Shown here: positions 19,727 to 29,688 of the stretch, one piece after another
How positions within the stretch are numbered: position 1 is the first letter of the stretch
How the letters are laid out: each line of letters starts with the position of its first letter
NCBI GenBank assembly: GCA_021816845.1
Contig: JAKAWT010000001.1
Span: 262,087-326,086 of the forward strand
DNA from: a bacterium
GTDB taxonomy: Bacteria > Patescibacteriota > Dojkabacteria > JAKAPS01 > JAJZLI01
Direction: 5' to 3'
DNA: 64,000 nucleotides
The notes under the pieces: model-generated
Database searches by the model: none
Seen by the model: only the letters and a program-made list of their open reading frames with translations
Told to the model about the DNA's origin: nothing
Program-made: the position numbers and the translations under genes

Positions 19727-21013
19727 CTAAATTTTGGATATGTCTCTTGGTGAAAACTCATTAAGTATCCAATTGAGAAGGATTTTAGTTTTAGATCCTT
19801 TCCCAAACATTTGAGATAAATAAAAATATCTCCATAAAAACCATGCCATCTTACCCATAAATATATTCTTACCAATACTAATAGCGGCGTTATTATGTCC
19901 TAATGATAATATTAACCCTTTTTGTCTTAATACAAATGGCACTGCAGGTTTTTTTATAATTGAATTATATATATTCCTTGCACATGTTTCTGATTCATCC
20001 ACCGCAGTTTGCGCAAGTTGAGGGAGAGAATTATCGTCTGTATCTGCAACATCTCCTATTGCAAAAACATTCTCTATCCCTTTTATATTCAAGTTATGAC
20101 CAATTAATATCCTTCCTGACTTAGTTAATTCAAAATCCCCACCAGGAATATTGGGACTTACTCCAGCAGCCCATATAGCAATATCAAAATCTACACTTCT
20201 CTCTTTAGATGAAGATTCCTCATCTAACTTTTCTAAAATTATTCTATCCTTCATCACTTCTTTTGCTCTTGCATTCAAAATCAAAGATATTGGTGACTTT
20301 CCAAATCTAAAAAGATTGAACACTTCCTTTTTTAGTCTCAAAGAAAAATTTGGAAGAAAATTGTCTGATGCATTTAAAATCTTTATATCTATATCGCTTT
20401 TTTTATCTTTAAATATGGAATAATTAGGGATAAGGGTATCAGTAAATTCAGATATTTCAGTAGCAATCTCAATACCAGTAGGTCCTCCTCCCACAATAGC
20501 AATCTTAATCTGTTTTTTATTTTTACTTTCTTCTCTTTCTTCAAATAATCCAATTATTTTATTCTTTATTAAAATTGCATCCTCTAGGGTTTTCAAAGGC
20601 AATGTAAACTCTTTTGCACCAGGAGTATTCCTAAAATTAACTGATGCACCAGTAGCTATAACAAGATAATCATATTCAATTTCACTGTTTAAAAGATAAA
20701 CTTTGTTTTTTTTAAAATCAACACATTTTACAGTATCAAGAATAAAATCAGTAACACAACAATCTATATTTCCTCTTACTGGAGATATGACATCTTCAGG
20801 AACTAGTGTCCCTGTAGCAACTTCATGTATTAATGGAGTAAATAAAAAATAGTTTTTATCGGAAACTATAGTAAATTCAACTAATCTATCCTTATGGGTT
20901 AATTTATGTAGATTTAGATAAGTATTAACCCCTCCAAACCCAGAACCTAGAATTACAACTTTTTTTTTACTTTTTACCCCAATTTCAGTTCCTTCTGCTG
21001 TTTTTGTCATCAT
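19727..21013 (-). CDS. ndh: Type II NADH dehydrogenase-like FAD/NAD(P) oxidoreductase
   Basis: VVILGSGFGG, FLFTPL, YDYLVIATG, VGGGPTGIE, WAAGV, VFAIGD, PQLAQ.A. Confidence 0.85.
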   Translation of the reverse strand: MMTKTAEGTEIGVKSKKKVVILGSGFGGVNTYLNLHKLTHKDRLVEFTIVSDKNYFLFTPLIHEVATGTLVPEDVISPVRGNIDCCVTDFILDTVKCVDFKKNKVYLLNSEIEYDYLVIATGASVNFRNTPGAKEFTLPLKTLEDAILIKNKIIGLFEEREESKNKKQIKIAIVGGGPTGIEIATEISEFTDTLIPNYSIFKDKKSDIDIKILNASDNFLPNFSLRLKKEVFNLFRFGKSPISLILNARAKEVMKDRIILEKLDEESSSKERSVDFDIAIWAAGVSPNIPGGDFELTKSGRILIGHNLNIKGIENVFAIGDVADTDDNSLPQLAQTAVDESETCARNIYNSIIKKPAVPFVLRQKGLILSLGHNNAAISIGKNIFMGKMAWFLWRYFYLSQMFGKGSKTKILLNWILNEFSPRDISKI

Positions 21014-21575
21014 ACATGTTTTTATCTGCTATATTAATCATGTCTTCCAAATTATGAGCATCTTTCGTTGAAATTGCAATACCAAATGAAGCTTCACATC
21101 CACCTAATTCTACAAAATCCCTTATCCTTTGACGCATTTTTGTAATTTCGCTGTCTTCTTTTGGCACCCCATATAAAATTATAATAAACTCATCACCTCC
21201 AGATCTTATCACTCTATCATAAGGACGAGATGCACCTTTTAGTAACTCAGTAAATTTTTTAATATATAAATCACCTTCCTCATGCCCCATACTGTCGTTA
21301 ATATCCTTCAAATGATCCAAATCTGCTACAACTACAGCAAACAACTCTCCTCTATCAAATCTTGAATTCAGTTCTCTTTTAAGTTCAGTACTTTGTAAAA
21401 ACTTTTTATTGTATGCCCCTGTAAGCCCATCTGTAAATGATTCATCATGTAGCATTTGATTTTCTTCTTTGAGTAAAGAAATCTCTTTTTTTAAATCTTC
21501 AATTATACGCCTAAGTTCTAATGGGTCACCTTCCTCTTGAATCTTGGGCTCCTGGACTATAACTTTATCTTCCAT
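20985..21575 (-). CDS. Diguanylate cyclase (coiled coil + GGDEF)
   Basis: D.LTG.YN, DLDHLKDINDSMGH..GD, and I-site RPYD five residues before an intact GGDEF. Confidence 0.92.
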   Translation of the reverse strand: MEDKVIVQEPKIQEEGDPLELRRIIEDLKKEISLLKEENQMLHDESFTDGLTGAYNKKFLQSTELKRELNSRFDRGELFAVVVADLDHLKDINDSMGHEEGDLYIKKFTELLKGASRPYDRVIRSGGDEFIIILYGVPKEDSEITKMRQRIRDFVELGGCEASFGIAISTKDAHNLEDMINIADKNMYDDKNSRRN

Positions 21576-21656
21576 AACATAATTATATCAAAACAATAAA
21601 TATATACCTACTTTCTCACTATTGCCTTTATATCAAATTCTTTATATATTTAATAT

Positions 21657-22892
21657 ATGTCTGAATTTAAATATGAAGCAACAAAGGAAGATGGGACAAT
21701 TGAAAATGCAATAATCACTGCATCCTCAAAAGAAGAGGCTATAAATATACTTAAAGATAGTGGTAAAACTGTCCTAGATATTTCTAGCCCAAAAGATAAA
21801 AATGGGCAAATAAGTAAAAAAAAGATTAGTATACTTGAAAAATTAGTATTTTTTGACCATCTAGAGAAAATGATAAATGCTGGATTGTCATTATCAGATA
21901 CCCTCACTGTTCTTATCGATGATGCACAATCTCCAAATTTCAAGAAAATAATTGGAGATTTAAAATATGAGATAGAAACTGGGAATTCTTTATCTAAAGG
22001 GATGTTGAAATATGAAAATATTTTCTCTCCTCTGGCAGTTAAAATGATAGAAATAGGAGAAACGAGTGGGACACTTCCTGAGAATGCAGCTTTAATTAGA
22101 GATCAAGTACAGAAAGCTTATGAACTTCATAAAAAGGTTAAAGGAGCCATGCTATACCCTACCGTAATATTTTCAGTAATGATTGTTGTAAGTATTGGAC
22201 TTATTATATTTATATTTCCACAACTTGGAGCAATGTTTAAGCAGTCAAAAGAAACTTTACCTCCACCAACACAAATCATGCTCGGGATATCTTATGTACT
22301 AACGCATTATGGAGCTGAAGTAGCAGTTGTTGTTATAGCATTAATAATTACATTTAGAAGATTACTCAAACTTAAAAAATTTAAGTTGTATTGGAATAAA
22401 ATTTCTTTACGTATCCCAATATTTGGTTTGATAATAAAGAAAATTAATATTACTAGTTTTTCAAGAACTTTAGGAAATCTGATTAAAAGTGGAATTCAGA
22501 TAAATCAAGCTATAAAAATAACGGGCGATACAATTGAAAATGAAGCCTATAAATCAGCCATTAGTGAATTATCAAAAGAAGTGGAAAAAGGAGGTGGTAT
22601 AGCAGATACCTTAGATAAATATCCTTTCTTGTTTCCAAAAATTTCAGTAAGAATGATTGCTGTGGGTGATAAAACTGGAAATACATCAGAAATGCTACTT
22701 TCTGTGGCACAATTCTACCAAGAACAAATAGATGATACTCTCGCAAATTTATCTACAATAATAGAACCTATAATGCTTCTTGTTATGGGAGGAGGAGTAT
22801 TACTCATAGCATTGTCTGTAATCATGCCTATCTACCAGATGACAGGGTCTATTAACTCTACAACTGGAACTACTCAATCCAGTGGATCTTAA
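21657..22892 (+). CDS. pilC: Type IV pilus platform protein PilC/GspF
   Basis: F.YEA, GE.SG.L, GAMLYP, GDKTG and IIEP motifs with 3 TMs. Confidence 0.92.
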   Translation: MSEFKYEATKEDGTIENAIITASSKEEAINILKDSGKTVLDISSPKDKNGQISKKKISILEKLVFFDHLEKMINAGLSLSDTLTVLIDDAQSPNFKKIIGDLKYEIETGNSLSKGMLKYENIFSPLAVKMIEIGETSGTLPENAALIRDQVQKAYELHKKVKGAMLYPTVIFSVMIVVSIGLIIFIFPQLGAMFKQSKETLPPPTQIMLGISYVLTHYGAEVAVVVIALIITFRRLLKLKKFKLYWNKISLRIPIFGLIIKKINITSFSRTLGNLIKSGIQINQAIKITGDTIENEAYKSAISELSKEVEKGGGIADTLDKYPFLFPKISVRMIAVGDKTGNTSEMLLSVAQFYQEQIDDTLANLSTIIEPIMLLVMGGGVLLIALSVIMPIYQMTGSINSTTGTTQSSGS

Positions 22893-22910
22893 TTCTAAGA
22901 ATCTAGACCC
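22884..22910. repeat. 15-bp-period palindromic array, 2 units, straddling the pilC stop codon
   Basis: ggatcttaattc-taa-gaatctagaccc, flanked by inverted ccagtgg/ccactgg. Confidence 0.65.
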
Positions 22911-22936
22911 ACTGGTTAAATTTAAATTATGAACCA

Positions 22937-23419
22937 ATGAAAGCTGCCTCAAACAAACAAATATCTAATGAATCTAGGTCTAGAGGATTCACATTGATTG
23001 AATTACTTGTAACTATTACAATAACTGCAATTCTTGCGACAGCTTCAAGTATTGCATATTTTGTACTACTTGCAGATACGAATACTAATAATGCTGCACA
23101 AACAATATCTTCAATAGTAAAACAATCCCAAGATGATGCAATGAATAATACCGGTGGAAATAATACATACGGAGTTTATTTTACCCAAACTACAGTAACA
23201 CTATTCCCTGGGTCAGTATATTCAAGCTCTAACACCTCAAATCAAGTTTATTATCTTCCTTTTAGCCTAAATATAACTAATATATCACCCTCAAGTAATA
23301 ATCCAATTGTTTTTAGTGCACAAAATGGTATGTTACAAAATTCTGGCATAAGTTTCGACTTAGGAAATTCATTTTCTTCCACAATAATTAATATAAATCA
23401 AAATGGAGCAATATACTAA
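22937..23419 (+). CDS. Minor type IV pilin (FimT/GspH-like)
   Basis: Class III signal peptide RG|FTLIELL. Confidence 0.85.
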   Translation: MKAASNKQISNESRSRGFTLIELLVTITITAILATASSIAYFVLLADTNTNNAAQTISSIVKQSQDDAMNNTGGNNTYGVYFTQTTVTLFPGSVYSSSNTSNQVYYLPFSLNITNISPSSNNPIVFSAQNGMLQNSGISFDLGNSFSSTIININQNGAIY

Positions 23420-23897
23420 TAATTCTGGACAACTTCTTATCGAACTTCTAATTGCTATTACAATAATAGGTATACTTCTAACCTCTTCACTATTCCTTAT
23501 AACCCCGATAGAAAAACCAATATTGCTCTCTAGCCAAAGATTAGAGGCCAAATATCTTTTATCTTTAGAAATAGAAAATCTTTACGCATTGCAAAATCAA
23601 TCCTGGGCAGATTTTCTACCAGGCCAATATTACCTTGCATATACAGCTACTAACAATCCACCATTACAAATACAAGGTTGGGCTTTATACCCAGGACAAA
23701 CTACATATAGTATTTATACTGAATATGTGACTATATCTTATGCATATAGAGTAAATGCCAATACTTTATCATCCTCAGATACATATCCTGAAGACCCTAA
23801 TACAAGAGAAGCAACTGCAACAATATCTTTTACATCATTCGGCCAAACTTATACTTATCAGGAAAGTGAATATTTTACAAATTGGCAACAATTTTAA
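23403..23897 (+). CDS. Minor type IV pilin (PilV-like)
   Basis: SG|QLLIELL followed by a hydrophobic helix. C-terminal YFTNW. Confidence 0.75.
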   Translation: MEQYTNNSGQLLIELLIAITIIGILLTSSLFLITPIEKPILLSSQRLEAKYLLSLEIENLYALQNQSWADFLPGQYYLAYTATNNPPLQIQGWALYPGQTTYSIYTEYVTISYAYRVNANTLSSSDTYPEDPNTREATATISFTSFGQTYTYQESEYFTNWQQF

Positions 23898-23898
23898 T

Positions 23899-24420
23899 AT
23901 GAAAATCATATATTTAAAGAAACAATTAAGTAATAATAATGGGGATACTCTGATAGAGTTATTACTATATATAACACTACTATCAATAATGCTAGTTGTA
24001 GTCACAATAATATTGTTTAATCTATCAATTTTTCAAAACACAATAACTACAACTGCAAATGCTAATGATACCGTAAGAATAGCAATGAAAGAAATAACTC
24101 AAAATATTGAATATGGATATCAAGTTATGTTACCAAATTCTGGAAATGTCACGTCTTCCGAGCTAACAGTACAAACAGACTCTAGCGGAGATACAATAAG
24201 TTTTTATTCTCAAAACGGGGTTATATATTCACAGATAAACAATGAGACACCATTAGCCTTATCATCTTCCAATGTATATACTTTTAATTTACAATTTATT
24301 GAAGAGGCAAATACCGGTATATCTCCAACTGTTTTTGTAACTCTAACTGAAACTAATGTTGGAACTACTGGAATTAAAACATCTATAACATATGAAACTG
24401 CATCAACTCAAAGAAGATAA
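23899..24420 (+). CDS. Minor type IV pilin (PilW-like)
   Basis: NG|DTLIELLLY. The true start is likely ATG 23899, right after the previous stop, not 23755. Confidence 0.75.
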   Translation: MKIIYLKKQLSNNNGDTLIELLLYITLLSIMLVVVTIILFNLSIFQNTITTTANANDTVRIAMKEITQNIEYGYQVMLPNSGNVTSSELTVQTDSSGDTISFYSQNGVIYSQINNETPLALSSSNVYTFNLQFIEEANTGISPTVFVTLTETNVGTTGIKTSITYETASTQRR

Positions 24421-25807
24421 AAAAGGGCAAGCAGCCTTAATATCAGTGATAATACTATCTGCAATACTTCTTGCAACTATTACTACTATAAGCTCTATAG
24501 CCGTAAATGAATATGTTTTATCATCTAACGATATATTGTCCGGACAGGTCAAATATTTCGCTGAATCTGGAATTGAAAATGCACTGCTTCAAATAGGAGA
24601 AAGTTCTACATCTTATACAGGAGGATCTTTCGTATCACCAATAAATACAACACTGAATGGTACGGACAATGTAACCGTATCCTACAATACTGGAGTTACA
24701 CCTAATCAGGCAACAATAACATCTGATGCAACAATAACCTCACCATCAGGTAGTATTCTGACTACAAAAACTATACAAGTAGTTGTATCTCTTGGGCAAA
24801 ATCCAGCTATATATAATTATGGAATGTTTGCAAATAATTCCATTTATGGGAACTATTTTCAAGATCAAGGGAATATACAGACCAATAATTTATTATATTT
24901 AACAAATGGCTCTATTACAGCTCAAGCAATAAATGCTATTGGTAATGGAAGCGGTTTTGCTAATTATCTAAACAATATGACAATTTCAAATACAGGTGGT
25001 GTTATAAACCTTAATAGTAACTACATTTCTTGCTTTATTTATAATAGTAGTATATCTGGAGAACTTGGATATGGAGAGAGTGTCTTTGGTATTCCATTGT
25101 GCCTTATTTCTGACTCTACTATCGGATCTGAAGCTCAAATATCTCCCGCTCCACAAATCAGTTTACCTACATTTGATACTTCTGCGTGGATATCTTATGC
25201 TCAAACAAATGGAACTTATTTTTCAAATTCTACAGCCTTCTATGCATATCTTGAAAATTATTCATCTGTATCTGGAGGTATTGATACAATATCTCCTCCA
25301 GCAGGAGTATATTACATAGATGCTAACGCAAACCAAGAGACTCTCCCCTCCACTGATAGTTCTGGGAATTTAATAACATACAATTTTTCTGGTTCAACAA
25401 TAATAATGAAAGTTGCATTAAATACAAATGCTGGATGGATACAAACCTCTCCATTTAAAGATCCTGCAACTGGTAAATATCTACCTGCTATTATAACAGG
25501 GAAACAAGGAATCAATTTATCAAATGCAAATACACAAATACCCTCTGGAATAAGTATTACAGGAATAGTTTATTCTCCAGGAACTATCCAGATTGCAGGG
25601 TATCAACCATCAACAAGCATAAATGCATCTGTAAATGGTGCCATATGGGCAGGGAATCAAATACAAATAGGTAATAACAGTAGCAACGTGGAAAACCCAG
25701 GAACAAACTGCAGCATAACAATTAATTCAAGTATAATAACAAATACAGAAGGGTTTAATCTAGAAAATACAAAAATGTCTATTATATCCTGGCAATCCCT
25801 GAATTAA
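24392..25807 (+). CDS. PilX/GspK-like large minor pilin
   Basis: KKG|QAALIS (no Glu5), FAESGIENAL, beta-helix-like G.VYS.G.I and NGAIWA, C-terminal IISWQ. Confidence 0.78.
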   Translation: MKLHQLKEDKKGQAALISVIILSAILLATITTISSIAVNEYVLSSNDILSGQVKYFAESGIENALLQIGESSTSYTGGSFVSPINTTLNGTDNVTVSYNTGVTPNQATITSDATITSPSGSILTTKTIQVVVSLGQNPAIYNYGMFANNSIYGNYFQDQGNIQTNNLLYLTNGSITAQAINAIGNGSGFANYLNNMTISNTGGVINLNSNYISCFIYNSSISGELGYGESVFGIPLCLISDSTIGSEAQISPAPQISLPTFDTSAWISYAQTNGTYFSNSTAFYAYLENYSSVSGGIDTISPPAGVYYIDANANQETLPSTDSSGNLITYNFSGSTIIMKVALNTNAGWIQTSPFKDPATGKYLPAIITGKQGINLSNANTQIPSGISITGIVYSPGTIQIAGYQPSTSINASVNGAIWAGNQIQIGNNSSNVENPGTNCSITINSSIITNTEGFNLENTKMSIISWQSLN

Positions 25808-25812
25808 AACGT

Positions 25813-26106
25813 TCAATTTCTGAGTGTGTTTATCATATCCTCAAACTGCTCTTTTGTTATTTCTCCACGTGCCAGCCTTAATTTTAATATATTCACTGGT
25901 GAATCTTTTATATCATTTGGGGTATCTTGATTTCTATCCCTTGGCATAATCAAGGCTAATACTAAATAAACAATAATAGTAATACCCATAAACAAAAACC
26001 CTATGAGAAATATAAGTCTTAAAATCATGACATCAACACCATAATATTCTGATAAACCAGAACATACACCGAAAATTATTTTATTATTTAAGTCTCTTGC
26101 GGGCAT
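25813..26106 (-). CDS. pspC: PspC-domain protein with C-terminal SHOCT domain
   Basis: NKIIFGVCSGLSEYYGVD..ILRL...Y.VLALIMP, then ILKLRLARGEITKEQF. Confidence 0.85.
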   Translation of the reverse strand: MPARDLNNKIIFGVCSGLSEYYGVDVMILRLIFLIGFLFMGITIIVYLVLALIMPRDRNQDTPNDIKDSPVNILKLRLARGEITKEQFEDMINTLRN

Positions 26107-26109
26107 TCT

Positions 26110-26373
26110 CTATTTCTCTAATATCTTTGAAATCTCTAAGTATTCTTCTTTTGTTATTTCCCCCCGAGCTAGCCTTGTTTTTAATATAGATTTGGGATCC
26201 TCAATACCAGTACCAAACATATCATGTAAATGCTTCCCTGATCTATGACTTATCCCTATATGCCTTAAAAACATTATTATAAAAATAACAAATATAATCC
26301 ATCCGAAGACTATAAAAATCCCTATCAGTGGACCCATAAAATTATATCCATAATTATTGTAATACATATTCAT
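26110..26373 (-). CDS. Membrane protein with SHOCT domain
   Basis: TM followed by ILKTRLARGEITKEEY. Confidence 0.8.
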   Translation of the reverse strand: MNMYYNNYGYNFMGPLIGIFIVFGWIIFVIFIIMFLRHIGISHRSGKHLHDMFGTGIEDPKSILKTRLARGEITKEEYLEISKILEK

Positions 26374-26463
26374 ATACTATACCTTCAAAAGTATTTTTTC
26401 AATCATAAAATTACAATATTTTATACAATTTTAAATTTATAAAAAATACTGTAATATGTATTT

Positions 26464-28068
26464 ATGGAAAACCTGCTCAGAGAAATTTTAAAACGTAGAA
26501 AGGTTGTTGGAGTTGATATATCCCCAGGTTCTGTAAAAGTTGTCGAATTTGAAAAAAAGAAAGATTTCTATTCTCTAATATCAATAGGTGAAAGTGACCT
26601 TCCTGCAACAGCTTTTGTAGCTGGTGTTATTAGACAAAAAGATGTAGTTGCAAACAAACTAAAAGAGGCTCTATTAGTAAAAAATCCAAAAAGAATCAAA
26701 ACTAGGTTTGCTGTTGTTACTCTGCCGGATGATCAAATATATACACAAATAATAAACCTCCCTAAGGTAGATAGAAAAAAAATTAAAGGTGCTCTATCTC
26801 TACAACTATCATCTTTTGTCCCAATGAAAGAAGAAGATATCTATTGGACATTTGATATCCTGTCTGAGGATGATAAAAATTATGAAATAGTAATAACTGC
26901 AGTGACTAAAGAAACTACTGATTCTATAACTGAAACGTTGGGACTTATAGGGCTTACCCCATTAATGTACGAAAGTAGGTCAAGATCAGCATTAAGAGCA
27001 ATAACTGGATCCCAGATAGAAAAAGATTCAGAATTCCTTCTCATTGATATTGGTACAAGTGTAACAAGTATTTCGATCACAAAAAAAGACACTATACAAT
27101 TTTCTTCATCTTTCTATTTTGGTATGAATCAGATTATAAAGGTAATAGGAGAATACAAAAAATTCAATGATGATCAGGTAAAAGAATTTCTCTTAAAGGA
27201 TGGAACAGAACAAAAAGATCCAGAATTACAAATCCATATAGATGCTTTATTTGAAACTCTTGATACTGAATTTAAAAAAGCTATAAATTTTTATGGAGAA
27301 GATAAAATCTCAAAAGTATATATTTATGGTGAAGCAGCAAGTCTGCAAGGGATTTTAGAGCATATACAAAAAAATACAAAGATAAAGGTTGAACAGGCTA
27401 CTATAGATATAAAAGTATATCCTGTACTACAGTGGGAGAAGCATGAAAAAATATCACCATATATCCCAATCATTGGGGTAGAACTTGCAAATAAAATAAA
27501 AAATATTGCTTATATAAACTTAATTCCTAAAGATCAAAGCTCAAAAGCAATAAGACAATATTTTATACAATACACAATAAACGCTCTAAAAATATTACTG
27601 TTCAACTTCTTCCTCCTTTCTTTGCTTTTTCTAGTACTAAATTACTATAATATGCAAACGATAAATTCTGAAAAAGCCCAAATTGCACAATATACTAGTT
27701 ATACTAATAACCCAAAATATCAGGGGGTTGCAAATAATATTAACAACTTAAATTCTACGCTAGCAACAATATCAAAAGTATATCAATCCCAAAATATTTG
27801 GTCCCCTACACTAATAAAATTGGCATCAATTGTACCAACTGGAATGATTATATCTAATATAAAACTAGATAACGCTAGTAAAACCTCCACCCCACAATGG
27901 CAAATAACGATGTCTGGAATTGCATTAAATAGAAAACAAATAATATTATTATCTTCAAATATACAAGCTATGACACCTTTGTTTTCAAATATACAAATGC
28001 CTATATCTAATTTCCAAGAAAGCGTGAATGTTCCTTTCTCTATAGTATTTAATGTGTCTCCATCATGA
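26464..28068 (+). CDS. pilM: PilM-PilN fusion (type IV pilus alignment complex)
   Basis: Actin-like VGVDIS..SVKVVE and LIDIG..T, then INLIP (PilN motif), a TM, coiled coil and W...L..L...P.G. Confidence 0.85.
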   Translation: MENLLREILKRRKVVGVDISPGSVKVVEFEKKKDFYSLISIGESDLPATAFVAGVIRQKDVVANKLKEALLVKNPKRIKTRFAVVTLPDDQIYTQIINLPKVDRKKIKGALSLQLSSFVPMKEEDIYWTFDILSEDDKNYEIVITAVTKETTDSITETLGLIGLTPLMYESRSRSALRAITGSQIEKDSEFLLIDIGTSVTSISITKKDTIQFSSSFYFGMNQIIKVIGEYKKFNDDQVKEFLLKDGTEQKDPELQIHIDALFETLDTEFKKAINFYGEDKISKVYIYGEAASLQGILEHIQKNTKIKVEQATIDIKVYPVLQWEKHEKISPYIPIIGVELANKIKNIAYINLIPKDQSSKAIRQYFIQYTINALKILLFNFFLLSLLFLVLNYYNMQTINSEKAQIAQYTSYTNNPKYQGVANNINNLNSTLATISKVYQSQNIWSPTLIKLASIVPTGMIISNIKLDNASKTSTPQWQITMSGIALNRKQIILLSSNIQAMTPLFSNIQMPISNFQESVNVPFSIVFNVSPS

Positions 28069-28625
28069 AAAATATAAACATACTACAATATAAAAAATAC
28101 TTATTCTATCTACTCATAACAGCAGGGGTATTATACTTTTTTCATTTCTCTTATAATCTTTACTCATCTTCTAATACGAAAAAGACTACACTACAAAATC
28201 AAGTTTCAATACTACAAAATAAGAATACACAAGATTTATTAATGCTCAAGAATGAAAATAAATATAAACAGAAAATACAGTATTTGTATGGAACACTTCC
28301 TTCTAATAAAACTATATTAACATGGGCACAACAGGAGGACACTATGGCTGCACTTTCAGGGTTAAAAAATCAACTTGTTTTTCAATCTGCAATTATTTCA
28401 AAATCTGGAATATCAGTATCAGGCGGAATCGCACCTGTAACAACTGGGCCTCAACCCCTTACTGTAAATATAAATCTGCAAGGACCTTTTCCAAATGTAA
28501 TAGAGTTTATGAGCCTACTTGAAAACTCTTATTTCTATACTGACATTACAACATTTAACATTGTCGAACAGCCTTCTACTAATATAATCAATACATCTAT
28601 AACATTAGTTTTGTATACCCAATGA
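28065..28625 (+). CDS. pilO: PilO-like protein
   Basis: TM, coiled coil, LP, and NLQGPF.NV.EF...LEN. Follows pilMN. Confidence 0.7.
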   Translation: MKNINILQYKKYLFYLLITAGVLYFFHFSYNLYSSSNTKKTTLQNQVSILQNKNTQDLLMLKNENKYKQKIQYLYGTLPSNKTILTWAQQEDTMAALSGLKNQLVFQSAIISKSGISVSGGIAPVTTGPQPLTVNINLQGPFPNVIEFMSLLENSYFYTDITTFNIVEQPSTNIINTSITLVLYTQ

Positions 28626-28888
28626 AAACAAAAAAAACTGTAAATTTAAACAATCATACTATAACAATAATAAAAATAGTAACCTTTGTAGTTATTGTTA
28701 TAATAAATCTTATTATACTATCACCAGTGTATAACAACTCTAATAACACTACATTTACTATACCTACTTCACCTACAGTAAATACAGAATCTTTTATAAA
28801 ACTTGATAACATAATAAAAAATAAAAAGTTCTATTCCAGTCAATACTCCGTAGTGCTGCCTTCCCTCCCTAATATTTTTGGACCATAA
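28622..28888 (+). CDS. Small single-TM protein at the end of the pilMNO operon
   Basis: ATGA overlap with pilO, one TM, C-terminal NIFGP. Confidence 0.6.
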   Translation: MKTKKTVNLNNHTITIIKIVTFVVIVIINLIILSPVYNNSNNTTFTIPTSPTVNTESFIKLDNIIKNKKFYSSQYSVVLPSLPNIFGP

Positions 28889-28890
28889 TT

Positions 28891-29643
28891 ATGGCTTTAA
28901 AAAGTAAGGCCTTAAATTCTAAGATACAATCTAAATTGTTAGGTCAAAATTTCCTGAAGGATAAGAACGCTGCGCTAACACTTTTATCAGATATCAACAA
29001 CCAAGACAATGTAATAGAGGTTGGTCCAGGATTGGGATTTATCACTTCATACCTTATATTAAAAACAAAAAATATAACCCTTATAGAAATAGATTCATCA
29101 TTAGTTAATATATTAAGAGAAAAGTTTAAAGATAAAAATATCAATATTATAAATCAAGACATATTAGCATTAGATCTAGAAGATTTATTTAAAAACAAAG
29201 TTATAAGTTATAAAGTTGTAGGTGCACTACCCTATTACATATCAAAAGATATAATATCTTTGTTTTTAAAAGGGAAAATAAGACCATTATCAATATCTGT
29301 TATTATTCAGAAAGAAGTTGCCTTAAAATATACTACTCCAGGAAATCTTCTTTACAATACACTAAGAGTATATGCTGATGTAATAGAATTTAGAGGCCTA
29401 ATAACAAAAGATAAATTTACCCCTATCCCTAAAGTTGACTCTGGTATAGTATATATATCTGGGATACATCAAAGGAAGATTTTGGAAGAAACTGAATTTG
29501 AAAATTTCCTTAAAAGAGGCTTTTTGAATCCACCAAAAATGCTTAAATCTTCAATCCCAGATATTGGGGAAAAATACTCTAAGTACAGGGCTCATCAATT
29601 ATCCTTTGAAGAATGGCGACAATTGTTTATTAAGAGAAACTGA
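28891..29643 (+). CDS. rsmA: 16S rRNA dimethyladenosine transferase
   Basis: LGQNFL.D, EVGPG.G.IT, IEID, VVGALPYYIS, QKEVA, F.P.PKVDS. Confidence 0.93.
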   Translation: MALKSKALNSKIQSKLLGQNFLKDKNAALTLLSDINNQDNVIEVGPGLGFITSYLILKTKNITLIEIDSSLVNILREKFKDKNINIINQDILALDLEDLFKNKVISYKVVGALPYYISKDIISLFLKGKIRPLSISVIIQKEVALKYTTPGNLLYNTLRVYADVIEFRGLITKDKFTPIPKVDSGIVYISGIHQRKILEETEFENFLKRGFLNPPKMLKSSIPDIGEKYSKYRAHQLSFEEWRQLFIKRN

Positions 29644-29688
29644 TTAGATGTGGAAGATCTTTTGGATATTTACCCTTGAATATTGATT

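Noticed and set aside
23755-23898. Long N-terminal extension of the PilW-like ORF
   Set aside because: It overlaps the upstream pilin. ATG 23899 gives a normal prepilin leader.
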